NCBI GenBank assembly: GCA_951406725.2
Contig: OX597819.1
Coordinates: forward strand, 99,448,001-99,512,000
DNA: 64,000 nucleotides
Direction of reading: 5' to 3'
DNA from: Octopus vulgaris
Taxonomy: Eukaryota
Below are positions 47,748 through 62,279 of the stretch, piece after piece (within the stretch, counting starts at the first letter, position 1; each line of letters opens with the position of its first letter). The translations under genes and the position numbers were made by a program. Below the pieces are notes generated by a model. It was not told the DNA's origin and searched no databases. It saw nothing but the letters and a program-made list of their open reading frames with translations.

Positions 47748-47811
<64 letters not shown>

Positions 47812-47815
<4 letters not shown>

Positions 47816-48969
47816 TTTGATACTTTGATACTTTGATAGGTTTCGGCCATTATTGACCCAGGCCATGTCTAACTTAATAGCACCACCTGGTGAAGTCTTT
47901 CAAGTCAGAATTTGGGCACTATGGCCCACTCAAGTAGAGAGTTATTGTTTACAGAGACATATCCGGGTGTAGGGGGTTTATCCGGGATTTCTTGAAGGAA
48001 TCTGTCCAGAGACTTCTTGAACCCTATAGGGTCAGTTTCTGTTTTTATGTGTTTTGGTGCAATGTTAAAGAGAGCGGGGCCAGTTGATGTGAAATAATTG
48101 TGCCGTATTGTTGTTATGAGATGAGAGTGCGATTTTTGTTTTGGGCGGATGGCACGGGGCCCAAGCCTTGGATGTACCTTAAAGGTGATGCCAACATCAT
48201 TTGGGCAATGCTGATGGAATATTTTCCACATCATGCAGATGATGTAGCGCTCACGACGACGTTGGAGAGAATAAAGCTTTAGCTTTTCTAGTCGACCCCA
48301 ATAGTCGAGGCCTGTCATGCCATCTATCTTTTTTGTGATTGCCCTTTGAGGTGCTTCAACTTTTATGATACCTTTTATTGTGTGGGGAGACCACAGTGGA
48401 CAACAGTATTCAAGGTGGGGTCGGGCAAAAGTGGAGAAGAGAAGGATAATGGTGTGGATATCTCTCGACTGGAAAGTTCTGAGAATCCAGGAACACATTC
48501 TGCGGGCCATGTCAACTTTGGTGTTTATATGAGTGGCCCAGCTTATGTTGTTGTCCACAATTACTCCCAAGTCTCTGATGTTGTTGAACGCCGCGAGAGT
48601 TTCACCTGAAGGAAGGGAGTATGGGAGTTTCAGGGCATCCTCTTTTCCAAAGTGGATTAACTCAAATGTATCCTCGTTCAGCAGCATATTTTTTTTCTGC
48701 CCATTGGATAACAGCCAGTAGATCTGACTGAAGGCATGTCCGGTCACTCGCCTCATTTATGACCTTCTGTAGCTTGGAATCATCTGCAAAGATTTTTATG
48801 TTGCTGTGCTTGATGATGACATTAATGTCATTAATGTAAATGATGAAAAGAAGTGGGCCCAGCACAGTGCCTTGCGGAACGCCACTACTGACTTTGGCTG
48901 GACTTGATTTTACTCCTTCAACTACAACATGTTGAGATCTGTCTGTCAGGAAACACTTGATCCATTTCA

Positions 48970-48970
<1 letters not shown>
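47812..48970 (-). mobile_element. 5'-truncated CR1-like LINE with (TATCAAAG)n tail, between (TA)n tracts
   Basis: SGVPQGTVLGPLLFIIYIND, IFADDSKL, RDLGV, RPHLEYCCPLWSP, LYSLQRRRERY. Confidence 0.92.
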
Positions 48971-49017
<47 letters not shown>

Positions 49018-49994
49018 ACATAGCATCATAATAATTAGCCATGAAGACTTATATAAACCAGGATACATTCGATGCTTATTGGATGTTGAGTAATGAATCA
49101 CATACTAAAATTACAATAGTCTTGGAGAGATATAATTGTCTAATCTAAAAACGTCGCAAAAGATCTGGAATGCATTCCGAAAGCATTTCAATACAGTTTC
49201 TTGTGGAGAAGAAATGAAACAGCTCTCTGTCCTCCTTTGATATACTGATATACAGAGCAGAAGTAATATCAGAATATCATTATGTTTCTCAACTTTTTCT
49301 GTACTCTGCTGATACTCCAATTCTCACCATCTATGCTGTGTTATTAAATGAATTGTCAGATGTTCTGCGACATCAAACAAAATTGATCTGCACTGATCTG
49401 TCAGTTTACACGTAAGATATAATGTCAGTTCTTTATAAGCTACGGTCATGAAGAAGAGCTGCCGCCTATATCAGAATTAAGACTGCGATTAAAATTAACC
49501 TCCATTATCTGGAATTTTCGTCTCTTCTTCATCACTGGAGGATTTTTCTTCCGTAATAGTTTTGTGCGTAGTAGTTTGAAAGTGAGAGTCAGTCTGTACA
49601 ATCTGGTCTCACTCATTATATTTGGGGGTCTGGCAACAGTCGTCAGCAGTTTAAGACTGCTGCAGTGACCAAAAAACGGTCTGTTTTACAGCGGTGCGTC
49701 ATCTTAGTGAATTGTTCTACAGGATTAGAGAGCTGCACCTGCCTTGGTCATAAGATATAAAGCACATGTAAAACATATATTTCTGAATATCTTTATCATC
49801 ATCTCTGAGCCGCTGCAACTCTCAAATCAAAGAAAATCTATAGGTTATACCAAACCCTATGTTACCAATATGTTATTGTAAGAACTCATCTCTGAAAGTT
49901 AAGAAATTTGGCATCACAAAAATGTGTTCAAAATGAAAACAAAACTTTGCGTCATTTTTATTAATGTTAAACCATACTGAATAATAACTGAGAT

Positions 49995-52330
49995 AAGACA
50001 TGTTTCGGCTAAAAATTGACCGAGGCCACGTCTAACTTAACAGCACCACCTGATAGAATCTGTTAAGCTATTTTTAGTTTTGTGGTATTTTAACGCATTC
50101 AAATCGGGAGTTGTTGTTGACAGAGATGTATCTAGGTATTGATAACTTAACTGGAATTCCTTTAAGAAATGTGTTTAAGTTTCCTTTAAAGGTGATGGGA
50201 TGTTTTTTTTTCTTCTTTTAATTACTTTGGTATAATGTTAAACACAGCAGAAGAAAAGAAAATTTGTTGCAGTGAATTTATGTAATGCGAGTTTGTGTGT
50301 TGTTGTAAGTGTATGACACATAGCCCCAGCCTTGGATGAATTCTCAATCTAATGTTAAGGTCGTCTAGGCAATGCTGGTGGTATATTCCCCACATTGTGC
50401 AAATGATGTAACGCTCATGTTAGTGCTGGAGAGAGCATTTTAAGGCAGTCTCAGTAACAAGACTAGCCATGCTCTTTACTTTTTTTAATGAATGCTCTCT
50501 CGGGTGATTCAATTCTTGTAATGATTTTTGCTTGGTGTGGGAAGACTCGGCGGGCAGCAGTACTCTAGGTTTGAGGAGAAGAGGGGAATAATGACATCTT
50601 TCTCTCTGGACCGGAAAGTCTCGAGGATCCAAGAGCTCTTCATGCGAGTCATATCCATTTTATTGTTTGTTGAGAGCACTCCAGCTGAGTTCTGATTTTA
50701 CCTCATTTAACCGCATTTTCCTTTTGTCTACCTATTGTCTTACAGCTCATAGATCAGACTCGAGTTCAATCTGTTAGGCTCAGCCTTCTTCTCCTTTGAT
50801 AATTTTGTGAAGATTGGAGTCATCTACGAATATTTCTTTTATTTTGCTGTGTTTGATGATAGATTGGTATAGGAATTGTTTCAGATTGGTATAGGAATTG
50901 GTTGAGGGGTTGCAAGTTGGTGTCTGCATTTTTGCAAGGTCTACGGCAGAATAGTACTTTATTTTATTTATTGACGCAATGATGTTTGAGACAGTAAAAG
51001 TTATATCCAATATAATATATTGATGATCGAGTTCGTTCAAATTTCTGACTTCAATATCATTAGGATCGCTAAAGACAAAACAATATTGTTTCTGCAGTAC
51101 TTCTGCTGTTTCTTTAGCGTCTGGTGGAAAATGCTGTTATCCAATAATCAGTGGACCAACGAGTGAGACAATGTTCCTATGCTTGTTGGCATATGAATAG
51201 AACAATTTTGAGTTCTGTTACTTTCGATTGCCACGTTTTTCTATGCATCTCTTTGATTTTCGCTGTAGGTTTTCATGATGATTTCCAGATGATGTTTTTC
51301 AAACTCAAGCCTTCTTATTGCTGTTGAATGTGGTTTTTGCTAGTGGTAATATTTTAGCTGGTTGACTCTTTTATGATTGGTTTTATTCTGCTGATTAGTG
51401 ACTTTTTTGTCTTTTGAGGGCCTATCTCTATTCGCTTCTGCAAAGTTTCGTAGAAGCGTGTTTCGAGCATGTATAAGTGCCAATTTTCTCAAAGTGCTGC
51501 CATGTTGTTTCAATATCAGAGTAACTGTGAGTGAAGGATTAGCCGTTAGTGACAAATCTTTTCTAATTCCTCTCCAGTCTGTTTTGTAAAAATTGACGCT
51601 GAATAAGTGCAGTGGGGCGAGAGTGACTGGTTTGGTTTTAGTACGCCGGAAACTAAGGTTGCAGGGTACTATATCCTGGTCCGGGAGAAAGGTTTTTACA
51701 ATGGAAATGCTATAAAAGAAGCTAGAGTAGTTTGTTAATATCAGATCCAGAACGTTTATCATGTGTTGTTTGTTCAAGCACTAGTTGGATTAGGAAAGCT
51801 TCGTTGTTTAAACTAAATAGTGATTCTGTTATTGCTGCTGCTGCCTTGGTGTGGTGAATTTTCTTCCCTTCGCAACATTTGAAAAATCAGTTAACATAAC
51901 GGGTGTTAAAATAACTCACCATGAATACGGTCTCGGAATTGTACTTTTGAAGAAAAGATTTAATTTTGGTCAGGGTCTCTTGAATGTACTGTAGAGGAGC
52001 TTGGAAAGGGCTGTAGAGACCGACAATGGTTATGTCTTTAACCTTGTTGAACGGAATCACAGTAGCCATCGGAAAATAAGCCCTTGATATCCATGGCAAC
52101 GGACACCATGGAGAAGATGGTTGCGCTTCTTTTATTTCAGTCTCTGCGATCTGTACAAATAGCAATTTTTTTCCCCACCTAGGCATTCATATGAGTATTG
52201 TTTAGGTGGTTTCTGTGAAGATTAAGAATGGGATGCGGATGGCATTTTAACTAGTCAGCACTCTATGTATCGAGTTTTCCATTTTGGCGCATTAATGTAT
52301 TTCCTGATGCCACATACATTTGGCAGGAAT
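49995..52330 (-). mobile_element. Older, heavily degenerate CR1-like LINE of the same family, including the APE endonuclease region
   Basis: 3'UTR at about 50000-50052 matches 47840-47890; NVLDLILTN endonuclease motif; FVDDS RT remnant. Confidence 0.75.
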
Positions 52331-52698
52331 GTCGAAGCAAAGGTTTGTTGTTGTTTGTATTATTCTGAATGCCTTAATTTATAAGTTTTGTTCTTCTGTG
52401 ACAGCACTGAGTATGGCTTTTCTAAGGAGAGTTCCATCTAAGTAGTATATTTTCTTCTAATAGTTTAGTATAAGAAGGAAAGGAACAAAACCGACCATTT
52501 TTACGTGATCACAGTGAATGATAGGAAGAAAGTATTCTCAAATCAGAACAAAATGACGTATGATAGCCAATATCATGAAAGAACCGTCTCTGCAGGGTCT
52601 ATAACTCATTTACTCATTTACTCATTTACTTGTTTCAGTCATTTGACTGCGGCCATGCTGGAGCACCGCCTATAACTATCCACTTCAACTATATATAT

Positions 52699-52753
<55 letters not shown>

Positions 52754-52755
52754 CA

Positions 52756-52788
<33 letters not shown>

Positions 52789-53109
52789 TTGTGTGTGTGT
52801 GTGTGTTTGTGCGCGCATGTACGTATACATTTTCGTGTGCATGTTTACGTATGCAGACGCTGTGAACGCAGGTGGCTTATGTCTATGTATGTTATTTTTT
52901 GTGAGAATATGGTTGTATGTATATATTTCTATATATTTCTATGTATACTTTATCATATTTTTCTCTTTTTTCTTTTTCCATCCGTTAGAGTTACTTCCCT
53001 GTTACCATTAATGGCCGACAGTCGAAACTCTGCTTTAATTTATAACGTAAAATAATCATCTATTTCTACAAATATCGTTGTCTCATTCTTTTGTTTTTAT
53101 ACATAATTA

Positions 53110-53243
<134 letters not shown>

Positions 53244-55212
53244 CTATTTGTGAAAACATCTTTTTTGTTTGTGTGTCTTGTGGTTTGTGATATACCCAGC
53301 TTGAAAATAAAGTCTTTTGTTGTGGATCCATAGAGTAAAGGCTTACTGAATTGCCATTACCAACGCAGTCAATAATTTTGCACGTTACATAACGCGTCGA
53401 AGAGTTACTTTCTATTTGAAAAAAATTATGAAGTTTGTTCCCCTGAATATTCACTTTACCATTTACTGCTTTTAGGTTGAAGATAATCACAAATGTAGAT
53501 CGTCGTTGTCATCATGACCACGTCATCGTTGACGTCGTTGTTGTCATTGACGTCGTCACCCCCCTCTCCCCCTCCTCCCCATCATCAACTTGCATTTAGT
53601 TTCATTCATTAATTACATGCAGCGAAGTTCAAATGTAACATCGCTGATTTTAAAAATTCTGTGTCTTTGTGTTCTTGTGAGTTTATATCTCTCTCACTAT
53701 GTTAGGCTGTTTGTAGCCTGAGCAGAGTTCATTCCCTTCTCTCCTTCTCTCCTTCTCTCTAATCTCTCTCCTATCTCTCCCTCCCTCTTTCTCCTTTGTC
53801 TATCTCTTCTTTCCCCAAGGCATTAAACGTCGAGGCTACTGATTGAAGAAAATAGCTCACTGTATGCAGACCCTTTAGTGTCTAAGAAGTACAACTGCAT
53901 CTGTGACCAACGAATCTTTGGTGACACTACCAAATACCGCTCTTAAACACTATCGTTGAATACTAGGTATCCTCAAAATATAAGAACTACAAAAATCTTA
54001 TTTCATGCGTATACTCATATGGTGGTGCCCCAGCATGGCCACAGCTAGTGAGCTGAAATTAGATAAAAAAAATATACATCGTAAGAAAACATTCTCAAAT
54101 TGAAAATAACTGATTATCTTAAAACTCGCTCAAACCTAAAATATTACATATTTAGTAGAAACAAAGCACTCAGATTTTAGTCTGCTTTGCGTGCGATAAT
54201 TCATTGCTAATCATAGATATATCGCATTGTAAAACGTCTAAGTTGGTGTTACTTGATATCTCTGGGTGGAACTTGGAGTAGCTCGTATAAAATAAGCAAT
54301 AATAATGTAAATAATAATGATAATAATGATAATACTCCGCAGCAAATAACGAACACGATGGACATACATCACGGCGCTTTCTGGAAGGAAAGATTAATTT
54401 CTAAGGGCGTCATGAAGCTGGATTTAAGAAACAACTAATAAGTGAAGGAAAACAATTTCTTAATGTATGTCATATCAGGGGAACGAATGATTCTTCAAAA
54501 ATTGGTGAACATCACGTGGAATTACGATGTCAAAACTATGCGTTGCCGTAGCAAAATTTATGCGTGAAACTTTAAAAAACACAAAGTGATGCGACAACAT
54601 TTACTTCGGAACTGTGAACGAAAGTGTGCTATTTCTCGATTATAGATCAATTAATATAGTATTTGTATTTATACAATTCACGCCCGAACACGTAGTAACC
54701 TCTATACGGACAGAAAACAAGCAAACAAGCATTAGCGCACGGTATTTGAATGCTTTTAACGAATGCTGCAACAAGTTTCTTTAATTTCTTTTTAAACAGT
54801 CGAAAGGGAGAGCTGTGCTCATTGATAAAACTCTGAAGAAATAGCGGAGAATTTCGTTATGTAATCCTTTGGCATTCTCAATACGAAAGAATCTAAAGTA
54901 CGCGGCCGGGGGGTGGTTTTCTGTCAAAAAGTTCACTCTGAAAAGAGGGACCCATTTCTTAATGTTGCTGCCGATAATTAATAACACACACACAACTCAA
55001 AATACAGAAACTAATAGAAAAAAAGGACTCGAGCACAAGTCCCATTACAAAACATACAGAAGCAATACAATACGGCAAGGAAACGAGTTCGAACAGAAAG
55101 AAATGTCATATGACCCAGCCCACTTAGCTGCACGTACATACATACATACATACATACATATATACATCTTTTTCTCTGTCCGTCTCTCCATCTGTTTGTA
55201 TGTCTGTCTGTC

Positions 55213-55269
<57 letters not shown>

Positions 55270-56339
55270 ACATATATTGTTTTTATGACCACCTCACACG
55301 TATGGCCCACGCTACTAAAAGTTTCACGCATTGAACCCATGTACGTTCTTCAGGCGTGGGCCTTACTTGTGAGGTGGTCACAAAAAGCAATATTTACTCT
55401 CGTTAGATGGCGTACACTTTATTTGAACACCTGTTTTAAATATATGTGTGTGTGTGTGTGTGTGTATGTGTGTGTGTGTGTGTGTGTGCGTGTGCGTGTG
55501 TGTGACGACCAAGATAGCGAGTTTGAATATGTCTATAGGAGATGAAAGCAGGAACTATACTGAGCAGTAATGTTTATCGCCACGTAGGAAACGACGCAAC
55601 TACCATTCTAATCCCAGGTGGACGCCTCAATCCTTCAGCTGTTTATTGATGCAATCTGCACCCGATATATATTGCATGCCTTCTTCTTCTTCTTCTTCTT
55701 CTTCTTCTTCTTCCTGAAGTATGATCAATGCAGTTATATACTTGTAGATATCTCCTTCAGTTTAACACTTCTAAAAATATGTGTAGTGTGAGTTCATGGA
55801 AATTTAGCTGCTATTTTAAGGATATGATATGACCTGCTTGTGAAAACAGCTTTTCTGTTCAAGGATGTTGTGCCCCGTGATATACCCAGCTTAAAAATGA
55901 AGTCTTTTGTTGTGGACACATAAGGTCACTATCAACGCATTCAAAATTTTTGCACGTCACATAAATAATCTTCTCTAGCCCGTCGAAGAGTTACTTACCT
56001 TTTATTTAAAATGTTACTGAGGAGTTTCTTCCCCTGAAAATTCATTTGCCGATTTACTTCTTTTAAATTCAATATAATCACGTCATGGTTGTCGTCGTCG
56101 TTGTCCTCCTCCGCTTCTTCTCATTCCTTCTACTACTATGCCTCCTCTTCCTCCTCCTCCTTGTTTGTTCTTATTGTTGTTGTTGTTGTTGCTGCTGCTG
56201 TTGCTGTTTTTGTTGATGTTATCATTTGAGCGACTTTTTAAACAATCAACTATTTTCGAATTGACGATGTTTTCTTACGAGGTAAGAAGCACGAATGAGA
56301 TCAGTTTTTTGCAGTTCTTATATTTTATGCTACTTGTAC

Positions 56340-57545
56340 TATTCCTCCACCCTCTGGAGCAAAGACAAGGAGTACAAGAAGGGTGCTGAATGGTTGCAAG
56401 AACTGAAACAAATAGTAGTCTCTCCAAAACAGGCAGAACTAGTCATTTCTGTTTGGGAAGTGAAGGAAATCAGCAAAAAAATGAGCAGCTGGAAGGCACC
56501 GGGACCAGATGAAGTTCAAGGCTACTGGATCAAAAGATTTGGTGAATGTCGTGCACTAATAGCTGCGCAACTCAACACCTTGTTCAATGCCGACAAAGTA
56601 ACATCAGAGTGGTTGACATTTGGTAGGACAATACTGTGCTTGAAAAAACATCGAAAAAAGGCAACACGGCAGACAATTAAAGGCCGATATCCTGTTTGCC
56701 ATTTATGTGGAAGTTATTGACTGGAATACTCGCAGAGTCAATGTACAAGCACCTAGAAAAAATGGAGTCCTGCCACATGAGCAGAAGGGTTGCAATCGTA
56801 ATTGCAGAGGTACCAAGGATCAACTCCTGATAGATAAAACTGTACTCAGAGACTGCAAGATGAGGAAAAGTAACTTAGCCATGTCATAGATCGACTATCG
56901 TAAGGCATACAATATGATCCCACATTCTTGGATTATGGAGTGTATGAACCTGTTTGGGATCGCATCGAATGTTGATCGATTGCTTGGAAATATTATGGCG
57001 AATTGGAGGACGGACCTGATAGCATACGGAAGAAGTTTAGGGACAGTAGAAATCAGGTGGGGCATCTTCAAAGGGGACTTCCTGTCCCCACTGATCTTTG
57101 TACAGTGCTTGATAACACTGACACTGATTCTGAAGAAAGCAAAAGCTAGGTATGTATTGAAAAGCCGCCAACAAAAAGTCAACCATTTGTTATTCATGGA
57201 TGACCTCAAAGTTTATGGTAAGGATGAAGCCCAAGGCAGTTCTCTCGTTGATACGGTATATACCTTCTGTGCTAATATCAGAATGGAGTTCGTACTGAGA
57301 AAGTGTAGTTTGTTAGTATTGAAGAGAGGCAAAATCAAATGTATGGACGGCTAACGATACCGTCGGGGGAGGTTGTGAAACAGATAGAAGAGACGGGCTA
57401 TAAGTACTTGGGGATTTTGGAAATGGAGAAATTAATGGAGAAAGAAATGACAGAGAAATTTAATGTGGAGTACTTACGCAGACTGAGACTGATCCTTAAG
57501 TCGAAATTAGACGGACGGAATAAGATCGAAACTATCAGCACCTGA
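56340..57545 (+). mobile_element. R4/Dong-like LINE RT fragment, truncated by the Helitron
   Basis: [67 protein letters not shown]. Confidence 0.9.
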
Positions 57546-59810
57546 TGTATAACTGTCCTGGAAAAAGTTCAGCTTGGATTTCGTTCCATTTGGGATTGTA
57601 AGTAAAAGTTGTGAAAAGATCAAGACATCATAATTACGCATGTATGTCATGGCATGCTCTGTCTTCTCGTGCATATATCTTGGACTTCCTCTAAAACTGG
57701 ATGGGAGAATACTAAGTTGGCCAAGCCCTGGCCCAGCAATGTCATTCTTAATGACATCTCTTAAATGCACATATGATTCTGAACGTAGTCCTTTTTGGTG
57801 TATTTCTATGTAGCACAATCTCTTCGACTCTAAATTGGCATACATGTCAACACCATACTGGTGAAAAAGATCTTGGGAATAGTGAAGATGATTAAACGAA
57901 TTACTTCGAATTACCAATCGATGAGCATAATAATCCATACAGAATACAGTTCTTTTGGAAGTGATTCCTCCAACTAGTGGTATACCAAAGTGATAGCTAT
58001 CCTCTCCATTAGCAAAAAGCAAGGGATATTCTTTTCTACTCTAGGCACAAAGCCCACCATTTTTGAGGAGAGTGGGGAGGGGCAGTCAATTAGAGAGACG
58101 CCAGTACGCAACCGGTACTTAATTTATTGACTCCGAAAGGATGAAAGGCAAAGTCAACCTCGGCGGCATTTTAACTCAGAACATGAAGACAGACGAAATA
58201 CTGTTAAGCATTTCACCCGGCGTGCTAAAGTTTCTGCCAGCTCGCTGCCTTAAAAAACAAGGGATATTGTAAAGCATCATATGAATGATGGGTTTCATTT
58301 ATGAACGTGATGCTATTGTCACGATATTTCAAAGCAATATCTCGTTTACCATGTCTTTCTTCAACCATAATAATAGCCACTTCATTGCACTCAGGAACAT
58401 TGAATCGATGGACATGTTCTCCGGCCGGTCTTTTGTCGGCATCGATGACAACTTGAAAATCCGCAGCTGAAGTATATTCTAAAGCATACTGAAAGCTTCC
58501 CACATAAGAATTCTTTTTGTGTAGCATTTCTTGCGGCTTAAAAATAATTTCCATTCTTGTACCTGGACAGTTCTTGTTTCGACAATGTACTTCCTTCTGA
58601 ACGCACTCCTATAAAATATATTTGTAAACATTTTGGATCTTTATTCTGTAAAGGCTTAAGAGAGCAAATTCTGTGATAAATTTGCACTTGTACTTTAAAA
58701 GGCAGCCTAAACCCACTTCCCCTAATAATTTTTGCCCTAAATGATGTTATTTGAAAAACACAATTGTATGCTCAAATATATTTAAGAAAGTATTTTGATT
58801 ATGAAGTGGTACCCAAAAGATGTTTTATATGTTTTTGAGGCTCAATTATTGGTAAATGGACCTTACCTTTAGAACAAAACAGGCTTAATGATTTCTTGTC
58901 CCACTCCCTAGCATCACACTCTCCACATGTTTCACATATAGAGCCGAAGGAGACAATTTTTTCAGTTGCATAATTAGTATTAGGATCATAATTAAATGCT
59001 ACACCTTACCATTGAAATTATCTATACTTTTTCCGCTGACTTTTACTAGAAAGCTCTTTCTCTATTTTAGTCGTATTTTTCGGTCGCTTTCATTCTCTTG
59101 TTTTCTATTTATTCTACCCTTTTTCCCTCCTTTTTTGCAACCGTATTTCTTTGTCTTTTTTATTTTCTTGCACTTTTTTTTATTTCTATAATTTTCCTTC
59201 TTTGCAATCTTATTTTCCTATCTTTATCTCCTTCTTGCTCTCTTGTCCTCCTCTCATATTCCTTCATTTTTTTGCAACCGAATTTTATGATGTTTTTTTA
59301 TTTTCTTCTACAATTTTCATACGAAGTGTTTGAATTCTCATTCTTTTGTCTTTTTTACTGTCTTGTGATATTTCATTTCTTTCAGTATTTGTTTCATGCT
59401 CATGATTGTTCATGGGAAAGAGAGTATCGTAGTAGCCATTGTCAATTTCGTCACTATATAACACTGAAATCTTCCTTTCTCTAAATGCTCGACCGCAAAC
59501 AGTGAACGGAAGAAGAATAATTTCATCGTCATTTTTGTGATGAACCTGAATTGCAAAATTGTACAATTCACTAATAGTAGCCAGTTCAGAATTACCGTCG
59601 TATGTTCCATCCATAATCATGTATGCTTGGTATTTCTGCATTAGGAATAAAAGAATGAAAATACTTGCAATTATTGCATATGTAGCGTACGGATTCTTCC
59701 CGGAGAGTTTGGTAATTTCTGTTGTCTTTGAATAAGGGTATCACACATCTGAACATACAGTTACCGTCACCCATTCCTTTATTAAAAGAGTCAATCAATA
59801 AATTAATGTA
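57546..59810 (-). mobile_element. Autonomous-type Helitron remnant (N-terminal OTU-like domain plus Rep/Hel N-region); 5' non-coding part may extend to about 60830
   Basis: ILPSSFRGSPRYMHE, QYGVDMYANLESKRL, SYDALQYPLF, DKRPAGEHVHRFNVPECNEVAIIM; MGDGNCMFRC...GNSEL..ISELY..IQVH..NGYYDTL. Confidence 0.85.
58031..58251 (-). mobile_element. Full-length SINE inserted in the Helitron, with target-site duplication
   Basis: TSD aaaaagcaagggatatt (58014-58030) / aaaaaacaagggatatt (58252-58268). Confidence 0.88.
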
Positions 59811-60232
59811 TTTGTTGAATATTTTTCAATAAATTCAGTAAAGGACCGAATTCAGTTCAAACTTTAGATGGTTTTGTGAACAGAACGTATCGGAAAATTA
59901 CAACAAAGTGGCATAAGATACCAGGTGATAGCAATTTCCCCTTTAGAAATCTGTCTTCTTATCTTTGCGATACATAAATGAGTGATTATAATTTTGTAAA
60001 TAATAAAAAAACGAAATTAATAAGATACTTCACCTTCATTGTTGACTTGAAATGTCGTCTTCGGGAAAAGAAAAGTGAATTGACACTGAGTCTTTAGTAC
60101 ACGATAACTTTATCGTCTGTTCATAAACGGCAAAAAAAAAAAGGAATACTTCAGTTATTTCCGGATAATTTTGGTTTAAACGTTGCCAAATACTTGTCTA
60201 TAGATTTGTGAGTGTGTATGTATGTGTGTACT

Positions 60233-60284
<52 letters not shown>

Positions 60285-60667
60285 CTTTGTTCACCATAAG
60301 GTTGAGAAAAAGAGGGGACAAAACAAATGTTGGGGTCAGGGTATCGAATGAGACGAAACGTATGAACAAACAAACAATTAAAATATATACAATTAAATGA
60401 GAATGAGTGAATAACAAAAAATGAAGCGGAGGACGCGGTTGACCCCACAAACCACATATCCACACTGAATACTTTGCTTTCTCCTTTTTTACATTCTCGA
60501 TTAAACAGGTTCTTTCACTCGCAACATACTTGCTATAGACTTCCATCTTTTACGAAACACACTTTGCGACAGGCATTTCTTCTCCAGCCTTATTTTCCGT
60601 TTCATGTGGAAAACGAAAAAGTCGATTAGCTCGGTAGACAAACAGAGAATGAGAGACAAAGAGACGC

Positions 60668-60745
<78 letters not shown>

Positions 60746-60930
60746 CGACAAATATGGAAGCTTTCAATCAGTCCATATTTGTTACTTGCACAACTCTGTC
60801 CTCACTGTGGACCTTGTTTCCTTTCACACTATTGCTCATGTACCTTTCTCAGTTTATCATATGATAACCCACCCTACTACTTCGATTTTATAAGTTATAA
60901 GATAAGTTAAGATTATGTATATATATATAC

Positions 60931-61425
60931 ATGTGTGTGTGTGTGTGAGTGTGTCTGTGTGTGTGTGCGCGTATGTGTGTGTATATATATGTATGTCCTT
61001 GTATCTTGACCACTGCTTGACCACATGTGTCTGTGTGTTTACCTCCTTGTAATTTAGCGGTTCAAAAATAGAAACCATAGAATAAACACGAAGCTTTACA
61101 AATAAGTACTGAGGTTGATTTGTAAGACTAAATACCCTTTCAAGGCGGTGCCCTGCTATCGCCATTGTCAATTGACTGAATCATGCAAAAGATTCAAGCT
61201 AAATGATATACCTACTAATACCTATGCATTATATAAAATTACGATCTATATGACGTTGAAGGGAGTAAACGTTGTGAAAGCAGAATTGACACATGATATA
61301 CATTAAAAGTAAATAACAAAATTAGAAGTTAATATAATATTGCCCTAAATTTCTCTTCGGCACTACTCTATCTATGAACTTTTTATAGCACTTTCAGTGC
61401 GGGTACGTTTATGCTCTTATATAAG

Positions 61426-61486
<61 letters not shown>

Positions 61487-62232
61487 ATATATAAATATAT
61501 GCATATATAAATACATATATGAACATACCTACATATATATGTATATATACATGCATATATGGGTACAGGACATAAAAAAAACGTTGAACACAATGAGGAA
61601 CGAAAACATAAAAACAAAAACTTAGAAACGAACTTTTTTTCAAACAACGAAAAAACAGAGAAACAAGACATACAACACAAAGACTATTCCCCTTCTTCAG
61701 TTGCCCCTGTTTCATCTACTCCGCGTTCGAAGGTAAGGACAAGATGCGACCTCGTTGAAACAGCCCTTCCCACAAAGCAAATTAAATAAAATTTGGGATT
61801 TTTTGCGGAGGGTGAAAGTGGTAACAAGAACAGGACAGTGAAAAAAAAAAAAACCCAGTAAAGACAGAACATTGATAACAAAACAGTAAAAACAAACGAT
61901 GAGGGATTTTAAGTTAAGACGATGGAAAAGTTATTCTGAACGCTTAAGGAAACAGCTTATGAAGAGACAGAATAAGCTGGTCTGGTCTTTGTGAAGATAG
62001 CAATCGGAAAGATGGCTTCCCTCTGGTCACGTGTCAGCGACGACAGAGTGGAGGAGGAGGAGTAAGAGAGAGGGAACGGTGAAGGGGAGAGGAGAAGAAT
62101 AGGGAAGTGTGGGAGATACACACACACACACATATATATATATATATGCATATATATATATATATACATACATACATATATAAATATATATATATATATA
62201 TATTTATATATGTATGTATGTATATATATATA

Positions 62233-62279
<47 letters not shown>

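Noticed and set aside
49400-49930. Possible Tc1-like remnant
   Set aside because: No convincing motif or TIR pair.
54781-55288. ORFs 54781-54993 (-) and 54869-55288 (+) as host exons
   Set aside because: No recognisable domain and no partner exons found.
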